Assembly: GCA_031549865.1 (NCBI GenBank)
Contig: JAVBPE010000018.1
Location: 20,208-84,207 of the forward strand
Length of the DNA stretch: 64,000 nucleotides
Source of the DNA: Anaeroplasmataceae bacterium
Lineage (GTDB): Bacteria > Bacillota_I > Bacilli_A > Acholeplasmatales > Anaeroplasmataceae
Direction: 5' to 3'
Shown here: positions 18,883 through 25,920 of the stretch, piece by piece
Numbering within the stretch: the stretch's first letter is position 1
How the letters are laid out: every line of letters begins with the position of its first letter
Program-made: the position numbers and the translations under genes
The notes under the pieces: model-generated
What the model was told of the DNA's origin: nothing
Database searches by the model: none
Seen by the model: the letters and a program-made list of their open reading frames with translations, nothing else

Positions 18883-20190
18883 ATGCCAATAATTACTGAC
18901 GTATACGCACGCGAAGTATTAGATTCACGTGGAAATCCAACTGTAGAAGTTGAAGTTACAACTGAAAGTGGTGCATTTGGACGCGCATTAGTGCCATCTG
19001 GAGCATCAACTGGAGAATATGAAGCTGTTGAATTACGTGATGGAGATAAATCACGTTTCTTAGGAAAAGGAACATTAAAAGCTGTTTCTAACGTAAATGA
19101 TATAATCGCCCCAAAAGTAGTAGGAATGGATTGCCGCTTACAAACTGCAATCGACTACTTAATGATCGATTTAGATGGAACTGACAATAAAGGAAAATTA
19201 GGAGCAAACGCAATTTTAGGTGTATCTATTGCTTGTGCAAGAGCTGCATCTAACTATTTAGGAACTCCACTTTATAACTATTTTGGTGGATTTAACGCAA
19301 GACAATTACCATTACCAATGATGAACATTTTAAATGGTGGTGCTCATGCTGATTTCTGTATTGATTTCCAAGAAATCATGATCTTACCTATTGGTGCAAC
19401 TTCAGTTAAAGAAGCTGTAAGAATGGGTGCAGAAGTATTCCATAACTTAAAAACAATTTTAAAGAAAAATGGCTATAACACAGCTGTAGGTGATGAAGGT
19501 GGATATGCACCTAAATTATCTTCTAATACTGAAGCATTTGAAAGAGTTGTAGAAGCTATCAAAGCTGCAGGTTATGTTCCTGGTAAAGATATTTGCTTAG
19601 GTATCGACGTTGCAGCATCTGAATTCTTTGATGAAGCAACAGGTAAATATACATTAAAAGCTGACAAAGGTGAATTCACTTCAAAAGAAATGGTAGACAA
19701 CTACTATGTACCTTTATGTGAAAAATTCCCAATCATCACTATTGAAGATGGTCTTGATGAAAATGACTGGGATGGATGGAAATATTTAACTGAAAAGTTA
19801 GGCGATAAAATCCAATTAGTTGGTGATGATTTATTCGTTACTAATACTAAACGTTTAAAGAAAGGTATCGACATGGGAGTAGCTAACGCTATCTTAATTA
19901 AAGTAAACCAAATTGGTACTTTAACTGAAACTTTCGAAGCTATTGAAATGGCTAAACGTGCTGGATATACAGCTGTAGTTTCTCACCGTTCTGGTGAAAC
20001 TGAAGATACAACAATCGCTGATATCGTTGTTGGTACAAATGCTGGTCAAATTAAGACTGGTTCAGCTTCTCGTACAGACAGAGTTGCTAAATACAACCAA
20101 TTATTCCGTATCGAAGATGAATTAAATGGACGTGGTTCATTTGAAGTATCTAAGTTTGAAGGTAAAGCATCACTTTACTGTATAAAGTAA
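18883..20190 (+). CDS. eno: Enolase
   Basis: I prefer the ATG at 18883 (aaggag RBS), giving the canonical '[25 protein letters not shown]' N-terminus. '[15 protein letters not shown]' is present. Confidence 0.95.
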   Translation: MPIITDVYAREVLDSRGNPTVEVEVTTESGAFGRALVPSGASTGEYEAVELRDGDKSRFLGKGTLKAVSNVNDIIAPKVVGMDCRLQTAIDYLMIDLDGTDNKGKLGANAILGVSIACARAASNYLGTPLYNYFGGFNARQLPLPMMNILNGGAHADFCIDFQEIMILPIGATSVKEAVRMGAEVFHNLKTILKKNGYNTAVGDEGGYAPKLSSNTEAFERVVEAIKAAGYVPGKDICLGIDVAASEFFDEATGKYTLKADKGEFTSKEMVDNYYVPLCEKFPIITIEDGLDENDWDGWKYLTEKLGDKIQLVGDDLFVTNTKRLKKGIDMGVANAILIKVNQIGTLTETFEAIEMAKRAGYTAVVSHRSGETEDTTIADIVVGTNAGQIKTGSASRTDRVAKYNQLFRIEDELNGRGSFEVSKFEGKASLYCIK

Positions 20191-20201
20191 TAAAACGAAT
20201 T

Positions 20202-20237
20202 GAAGGGGAGTTCAAAACTACCCTTCTTATTTTTTTA
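20202..20237 (+). terminator. Probable terminator after eno
   Basis: gaaggg pairs with cccttc, followed by a T-rich run. Confidence 0.5.
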
Positions 20238-20332
20238 AAAAACATCTTGCATTCAGATGCATCAGATGATATAATAACCCTAGTGATTATTTCACAAAGA
20301 TTATATTTTATAAATAATATGGAGGTAAACTC

Positions 20333-20557
20333 ATGCAAGTTATAGATTATTTTATTTTAATAGTAGCAATTCTTTTAATAGTTATTGTAATGTTACAAAA
20401 CTCAAAAGATGATATAAATGATGCTTTTAATGGTGGTAAATCTGAATTATTCAAAAACCAAAAAACACGTGGTTTAGAATTATTCTTCCAAAGAGGAACT
20501 ATTATTTTAGGCGTAGTATTCTTCGTTTTGGTTGTTGTTGCAGGCGCAATTAGATAG
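20333..20557 (+). CDS. secG: Preprotein translocase subunit SecG
   Basis: 74 aa with two TM helices and 'MLQNSKDD ... GG' between them. Conserved position upstream of rnr-smpB. Confidence 0.85.
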   Translation: MQVIDYFILIVAILLIVIVMLQNSKDDINDAFNGGKSELFKNQKTRGLELFFQRGTIILGVVFFVLVVVAGAIR

Positions 20558-20564
20558 TAATTAT

Positions 20565-20594
20565 AAGAGATTTCTACTGAAGTCTCTTTTTTTT
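20565..20594 (+). terminator. Rho-independent terminator after secG
   Basis: aagagatttc pairs with gaagtctctt (about 10 bp including one G-U), followed by T8. Confidence 0.75.
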
Positions 20595-20618
20595 CTCAAA
20601 TGAAAGGTAGGTGGGAAT

Positions 20619-22712
20619 ATGAAGGATAGAATTTTAAAAATGATGGAAAGTGTTACAAGTTTTCAAGCACTTTCTAAAAAATTGAATATATCAAAAGCTA
20701 ATTTAAAAGATCAAATGAATGAACTTGTAAAAGAGAATAAAGTTTATTTAGATAATGAAACAGGCTTTTATTATTTAGTAAAAACGGGAACGATCATTAT
20801 GAATACTAAAGGATTTGGCTTTATTAAAACTGATACTATAGATGAAGATGATTATTATGTTCCTGACTATGAACTTAATGATATATATGATGGGGACTTG
20901 GTAACTTTTTATGTAGAAAAAGGATATCATGAAAAACCATTTGCCAAAATTGTAAAAGTTATAAAAAGAGGTCATGAAAAGATTATTGGCCAAATTATAA
21001 TAAAAAGAGTAAAAGGTGATCCTAAGTATTACATCTTAAGTAATGATAATAAATTCAATGTAAAAGCCCGAGTTAAGATTAAAGACTTAGGGAATGCCGT
21101 AGAAGGTACAGTCGTTATTGGAACTTTAAAATATTTAAAAAATAGTTTAGAAGCCTCAATAGACCAAGTTTTAGGTCATATTGATGATCCAGGTATGGAT
21201 ATTTCTTTAATCGCTTTAAAATACGGTTTTGAAGCAAAATTTAGTGATGATGTAATGGCTGAAGTAGATAAAGTAAATACAGAAGTATTAGAATCTGAAC
21301 TTAAAAATAGGGTTGACTTTACTAATAAAACTATTATTACTATTGATGGTGATGATTCAAAGGATTTTGATGATGCTGTAAGCTTAAAATTATTAGATAA
21401 CGGTAATTATGAACTTGGAGTATATATTGCAGATGTGAGCCATTATGTTAAGTTTGATAGTGAACTTGATATGGAGGCTAAAAAAAGAGGTACTTCAGTT
21501 TATCTAGCCTCAACTGTAATTCCAATGCTACCACATAAATTATCAAATGGGATCTGTTCACTTAATGAAGATGTTATAAGACTTGTCTTAGCCTGTACAA
21601 TGGAAATAGATTTAAAAGGTAATTTAAAAAGTTATGACATTAAAGAAGGCTATATTAAATCTAAGCACCGTATGACTTATAATAAGGTTAATCAAATCTT
21701 AAAAGGTAATACGACCTTAATAGAAGAATATAACGATATCTATGATATGATTTTAAAAATGAATGATTTAGCGCATATTATAAGACGTCGCCGTGAGAAA
21801 AAAGGCGGAATTGAATTTGAAGTTGCTGAATATAAAATTGATTTAAATACTGATGGTTCTCCAAAAGAAATCAAAATCAGAACTAGAGGAGACGCAGAAA
21901 TGCTTATTGAGGATTTCATGCTTCAAGCTAATGAAACAGTTTCATATCATTTATCAATTATGGAACTACCTTGTGTTTACCGTGTCCATGAAAAACCTGA
22001 CCAAGAAAAACTGCGTAATGTATTTACCTTATTAAGTAATTTAGGCTATACGAATAAGGTTAGTCAAAATGATATTCATCCAAAAGTTATCCAAGAAGCC
22101 CTAAAGAGTATTGAAGATGAAACAAATAGTTTTATCGCAAACCAAATGTTACTACGCGCTATGATGAAGGCTAAGTATACAACACAAAATTTAGGACATT
22201 ATGGCTTATCTATGCAATATTACTCTCATTTCACTTCGCCTATAAGAAGATACCCCGATTTAATATTACATCGTATTATTAAAGAATGCTTACTACATCC
22301 AACTAAATTAAATCAACGTTTAAATTATTATAATGAAAACTTAGAATTAATCTGCGTATCAAATTCAATAAGTGAAAGAAAAGCTATTGAATGCGAACGT
22401 GAAGTTAATGATATGTTATTTGCGTGGTATATGCAGTCTCATATTAATGAAACATATGAAGGTATGATTTCATCTGTTTTATCATTTGGAATGTTTGTAT
22501 CACTTAATAATGGAGTAGAAGGTTTAATTCATATTAGAAATTTAGATGGCTATTTTGTCTTTGATGAAAAGAATTTGACATTAACTAATGGGACTAAGAC
22601 ATATAAATTAGGAGATAAGATAAAAATAGTTGTCACAGCTTCAAACAGAAATACTAGACAAATTGATTTCTTATTAGAAGAAGATTATAATAAGTTATAT
22701 GGGGTGAATTAA
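20619..22712 (+). CDS. rnr: Ribonuclease R
   Basis: RNB catalytic core 'TIDGDDSKDFDDAVS' and 'HFTSPIRRYPDLILHR', plus a C-terminal S1 domain. 697 aa. Confidence 0.95.
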   Translation: MKDRILKMMESVTSFQALSKKLNISKANLKDQMNELVKENKVYLDNETGFYYLVKTGTIIMNTKGFGFIKTDTIDEDDYYVPDYELNDIYDGDLVTFYVEKGYHEKPFAKIVKVIKRGHEKIIGQIIIKRVKGDPKYYILSNDNKFNVKARVKIKDLGNAVEGTVVIGTLKYLKNSLEASIDQVLGHIDDPGMDISLIALKYGFEAKFSDDVMAEVDKVNTEVLESELKNRVDFTNKTIITIDGDDSKDFDDAVSLKLLDNGNYELGVYIADVSHYVKFDSELDMEAKKRGTSVYLASTVIPMLPHKLSNGICSLNEDVIRLVLACTMEIDLKGNLKSYDIKEGYIKSKHRMTYNKVNQILKGNTTLIEEYNDIYDMILKMNDLAHIIRRRREKKGGIEFEVAEYKIDLNTDGSPKEIKIRTRGDAEMLIEDFMLQANETVSYHLSIMELPCVYRVHEKPDQEKLRNVFTLLSNLGYTNKVSQNDIHPKVIQEALKSIEDETNSFIANQMLLRAMMKAKYTTQNLGHYGLSMQYYSHFTSPIRRYPDLILHRIIKECLLHPTKLNQRLNYYNENLELICVSNSISERKAIECEREVNDMLFAWYMQSHINETYEGMISSVLSFGMFVSLNNGVEGLIHIRNLDGYFVFDEKNLTLTNGTKTYKLGDKIKIVVTASNRNTRQIDFLLEEDYNKLYGVN

Positions 22713-23165
22713 ATGAAGATAGTAGCCACAAATAGAAAAGCCTCATTTGAATATTTCTTTTTAGAAACATATGAAGCAGGTATTAAACTAACTGGTACAG
22801 AAATAAAATCTGTAAGAGCAGGAAAACTTAATATTAATGATGCCTATGTCATAATTAGAAATGGAGTTCCATATATTTTAAATATGCATATTGCGAAATA
22901 TGAAAAAGGAAATATCTTCAATCATGATGAAACAAGAAGTAGAGAACTTTTACTTCATAAACATCAAATAATAAAACTTGCAACAAAAGTAAAACTAGAA
23001 GGTTTGGCTTTAGTCGCAACAAAAGTCTACTTTAAAGATGCCTTACTAAAAATAGAAGTAGCTTTATCTAAAGGTAAAAAACTAGAGGATAAAAGAGAAA
23101 CAATAAAAGAACGCGATAATAAGCGTGAAATACAAAAAGCAATAAAAATAAAAAATCAATATTAA
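22713..23165 (+). CDS. smpB: SsrA-binding protein SmpB
   Basis: 'NRKASFEYFF ... GTEIKS ... ELLLHK' is typical of SmpB. Sits immediately upstream of the tmRNA gene. Confidence 0.95.
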   Translation: MKIVATNRKASFEYFFLETYEAGIKLTGTEIKSVRAGKLNINDAYVIIRNGVPYILNMHIAKYEKGNIFNHDETRSRELLLHKHQIIKLATKVKLEGLALVATKVYFKDALLKIEVALSKGKKLEDKRETIKERDNKREIQKAIKIKNQY

Positions 23166-23174
23166 TTATATCTA

Positions 23175-23183
23175 TGGTATAAT
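23175..23183 (+). promoter_or_regulatory. Extended -10 promoter element of ssrA
   Basis: TGgTATAAT lies about 10 nt upstream of the predicted tmRNA 5' end. Confidence 0.5.
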
Positions 23184-23193
23184 TAATATACAT

Positions 23194-23572
23194 GGGCTAG
23201 TTATGGATTCGCCGTGGTTGATAAAACTTTATAAGCACGTCATGGTTGCGCATGTAAAAACGCCGAGGTTAAAATAACCGCAAAAACAAATTTATTTGCA
23301 CGTTCTAATAATATGAACGTTGCATACGCTTGCTAATTTAAATAACGTAAGCTCTCAAATATAAGCTTTCCTATGGCTTATATCTTGGGATCACTATAAT
23401 AGGATATATTTAGTTCGTGCCACCTTAACGAACTAAATGAAAACAATAAGGTTAGCTATAATCTAGTATGCTTTTCTACAAGATTATAGTGAATTTAAAT
23501 GAAAAGCTAAACGTGTAGAAAGTAAAGCCTAGTTGGCTGCGTACGGGAGTTCGAGTCTCCCCTGGTCCACCA
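23194..23572 (+). ncRNA. ssrA: tmRNA (SsrA)
   Basis: The 5' GGGCTAG pairs with the 3' CTGGTCC, with a G3:U wobble (alanine identity), then ACCA. T-arm 'GGGAGTTCGAGTCTCCC'. The 'AAAATAACC|GCA AAA ACA ...' resume context resembles E. coli 'AAAATAGTC|GCA'. The candidate tag ORF is 23280-23336 (AKTNLFARSNNMNVAYAC, then stop). Confidence 0.9.
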
Positions 23573-23584
23573 AATAGAAAGCAT

Positions 23585-23623
23585 AGGTTTGATACAATTT
23601 AACGAATTGTATTAAACCTTTTT
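23585..23623 (+). terminator. Rho-independent terminator of ssrA
   Basis: 15-bp stem aggtttgatacaatt / aattgtattaaacct (one G-U), followed by a T run. Confidence 0.8.
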
Positions 23624-23645
23624 CTTTGCTTTTTTAACCAAATAT

Positions 23646-23692
23646 AGCCGCTTTTAAGCAAAATAACCTGCTTAGAGCGGCTTTTATTTGTT
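23646..23692 (+). terminator. Second strong hairpin/terminator-like element
   Basis: agccgct..taagca (23646-23660) pairs with tgctta.agcggct (23669-23682), followed by a T-rich tract. Confidence 0.5.
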
Positions 23693-23747
23693 TTATAGAA
23701 GTATTGCTGAACGGAAAATAATATGTAGTTTGATGCTGCTTTTAATC

Positions 23748-23789
23748 ATTTAACGATTACAGGCGAAAAATCAACTATTTAACGATTAC
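23748..23789 (+). repeat. Two direct copies of the 13-mer ATTTAACGATTAC
   Basis: Exact copies at 23748-23760 and 23777-23789. A 9-nt partial copy (ATTTAACGA) lies in the ssrA terminator loop at 23597-23605. Confidence 0.8.
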
Positions 23790-23975
23790 CTGCTAGGGGT
23801 GCGTAAAAAAAGTTAAATAATTTTTTAAGCCACTTTAGACAGAATTTTCTCAATAAACAACTGTTTTGGCTACTCTAAATTGGATAAAAAGTTCATTTAA
23901 TATAAAGTTTCTCAAATCGCCCTTTTTGCAACTCTTAGTTGATTTGACATAGAAATTATTAGTGATAGAATTAAA

Positions 23976-24179
23976 GTGAATTTGCAGAGCTCGCTAATGA
24001 TATTCGGAAAGATGGTGATGTTGATGAACTTAACTAATGAAGAAACTAAAACACTTCTTGCAATATTAAAAACAGAAATTGTCGAAGTTGAAGACCTAAT
24101 TAAAAATGCAGATGTTGCAGATAAAGCTGAACTAGAAAAGCATTTAGTAATTGTGAAATCTATTAGTAAAAAAATATAA
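23976..24179 (+). CDS. Hypothetical small helical protein (start uncertain; 51-67 aa)
   Basis: ORF with several possible starts (GTG 23976, ATGs further in). Preceded by TTGACA-16-TAGAAT (about 23944-23971) and followed by a terminator. No clear RBS. Confidence 0.35.
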   Translation: MNLQSSLMIFGKMVMLMNLTNEETKTLLAILKTEIVEVEDLIKNADVADKAELEKHLVIVKSISKKI

Positions 24180-24186
24180 TCTTTTT

Positions 24187-24214
24187 CTCCAAGACCATTG
24201 TTTTGGAGTTTTTT
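24187..24214 (+). terminator. Terminator after the small ORF
   Basis: ctccaa pairs with ttggag, followed by T6. Confidence 0.55.
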
Positions 24215-24255
24215 ATTAAATTTTAAAAATAATCATATAAAATAGTGTTTTAGTA

Positions 24256-24284
24256 TTGACATACCAAATTTATTGTGATATAAT
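24256..24284 (+). promoter_or_regulatory. Near-consensus promoter of the R-M cluster
   Basis: TTGACA (24256-24261), 17 nt spacer, TGaTATAAT (24276-24284). The ORF-track TTG start at 24256 is this -35 box. Confidence 0.7.
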
Positions 24285-24309
24285 ACAATTACGATGGAGG
24301 TATACCAAA

Positions 24310-25905
24310 ATGATTAATAAATATTGGGTATTAGAAAGCTTATATAGAGCAACAGGAAATACAAATTCGATGGAGCCTATTTACAACGTATATAGAGTAT
24401 TAAAACTAAAAGAACTAGGGTTCGGATTAGAGTCAACGCCAGAAGACTTAATGTATGGGATGTATTCTGCAAATAGTTTTCCACCATTTAAAGGCGACGC
24501 TAGGAACTTTTATGAAATTTTTAAAATTATTTCTGGTTTTACAGTTGAAGGGTGCATTGATTATATAGAGTATATTCGTACCAGCCAGAAGAAATCTTCG
24601 GCTACTGAATTTATGATTCCAGATTCATTGGCAAAAATAATGATGAAATCCATTACTAATAGGGTATCAAAAATTTATATTCCGGATTGTGAAAAATACG
24701 GCATAGCATTTTACAATTTGATTAGTTCATACTCTGAATGTAAATTTTATACTTCTTGCGTGGATGCTGATCTGAAAAAGCTTTATCAACTATTATATGC
24801 ACATTTGAATGTTGAGTTTATAAATGCTGACATATACCGAGAAGACTTTGTGCATGAAAAGTTTGATATAATTATTTGCTTTCCTATCATGGGCGGTCGT
24901 TCGCTTATCGACAAAAGTGGTTTTATAAGTAATGAACCCGCCTTAATTGCAGCACAGAATTTGTTATATCATCTCTTTCCAGATGGAAATTTAACAATCG
25001 TATTACCGGCTAAAGTAACTTTTGGTGGTGGTGACGTTCAATACTTTAGAGATTATATAGATAGTAACTACAAGATTAATGAAATAAGTTCATTGCCAAA
25101 CAAATTATTTTATCCATACATGGCAATTAATACTTATTTATTTAACTTTTCAAATGGCGTAACAGAGGATATTATCTTACGTAAATATTCTCTTGAAAAA
25201 AACAATACAAGCGTTCTTCCTAAGTTAATAGTGGAAGATGAAAAGTTGTATTTTGAAGACGAATTTAGATCATTAAACGGCTGGTCTATTGATATGGCTT
25301 TTAATTCTAATGATGAAGAAATACTAAATTTCACAGAGTCACGAGTAAAAAAGAATCAGTTAAAAGATGTTGCAACCTTATTTAGAGGTAGAGCAATTAC
25401 TGAAAAAGCTGATGATGGTAATATTGCTATAATCAATATTTCAGATATTTCAGATACCGGCATTGATTATTCAAATTTATATTCTATTAATGAAGAAGAA
25501 CGTAAAATAAGCAGATATATTCTTGAAGAAGACGATGTGTTAATTACTGCCAGAGGAACGACTGTAAAAATCGCTGTGTTTAAAGAACAAACCAAGATTT
25601 GTATCCCGTCATCAAACATTATAGTTGCAAGAACAAACAAACTGTTAAAAGGCGCATATTTGAAACTCTTTTTAGAATCCAAGGTCGGCAGCAAGATGCT
25701 TAAGAACCTTCAAAGAGGCGCAACAATTGTAAACATTAATTATCAAGACGTTGAAATGATTGAAGTACCAGTTCCACCAATGGAAAAACAAGAAGAAGTT
25801 GTTGCTAACTATGAAGCTGGACTTGATTTGTATAAAAAAACAGTAACAGAAGCAGAAAAAGCTTGGAAGAAAATACAAGCAGTAATTGAAGATGAATTAT
25901 ATTAA
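24310..25905 (+). CDS. HsdM-like protein with degenerate catalytic motifs, fused to a single HsdS-type target recognition domain
   Basis: ATG at 24310 with ggagg 9 nt upstream. The N-terminal part aligns by eye with the two neighbouring HsdM proteins. 'EFMIPDSLAKIMM' aligns with 'EFYTPRTIVKLLV'. 'YIPDCEKYG' aligns with 'YDPACGTGG'. 'FDIIICFPIMGG' (CFPI at 24877-24888) aligns with 'FDCVIANPPFGL'. The C-terminal part is Methylase_S-like: 'LKDVATLFRGRAI ... DDVLITARGT ... GATIVNINYQDVEMIEVPVPPMEKQEE'. Confidence 0.7.
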   Translation: MINKYWVLESLYRATGNTNSMEPIYNVYRVLKLKELGFGLESTPEDLMYGMYSANSFPPFKGDARNFYEIFKIISGFTVEGCIDYIEYIRTSQKKSSATEFMIPDSLAKIMMKSITNRVSKIYIPDCEKYGIAFYNLISSYSECKFYTSCVDADLKKLYQLLYAHLNVEFINADIYREDFVHEKFDIIICFPIMGGRSLIDKSGFISNEPALIAAQNLLYHLFPDGNLTIVLPAKVTFGGGDVQYFRDYIDSNYKINEISSLPNKLFYPYMAINTYLFNFSNGVTEDIILRKYSLEKNNTSVLPKLIVEDEKLYFEDEFRSLNGWSIDMAFNSNDEEILNFTESRVKKNQLKDVATLFRGRAITEKADDGNIAIINISDISDTGIDYSNLYSINEEERKISRYILEEDDVLITARGTTVKIAVFKEQTKICIPSSNIIVARTNKLLKGAYLKLFLESKVGSKMLKNLQRGATIVNINYQDVEMIEVPVPPMEKQEEVVANYEAGLDLYKKTVTEAEKAWKKIQAVIEDELY

Positions 25906-25920
25906 AAGGAGTAGGAAAAT

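Noticed and set aside
1-23170. Mollicutes-type genetic code (TGA = Trp) suggested by the extreme AT-richness
   Set aside because: Well-supported genes end at TGA (for example the HTH gene at 2888-2890), and conserved proteins read through without needing TGA sense codons. The standard bacterial code fits.
24256-24309. Upstream-extended starts proposed by the ORF track (24256; also 17639, 18844, 45249, 12855, 44787)
   Set aside because: 24256 is the TTGACA -35 box of a consensus promoter. 17639 lies in the FMN riboswitch terminator. In each case a downstream ATG has a properly spaced GGAGG-type RBS and gives a canonical N-terminus.
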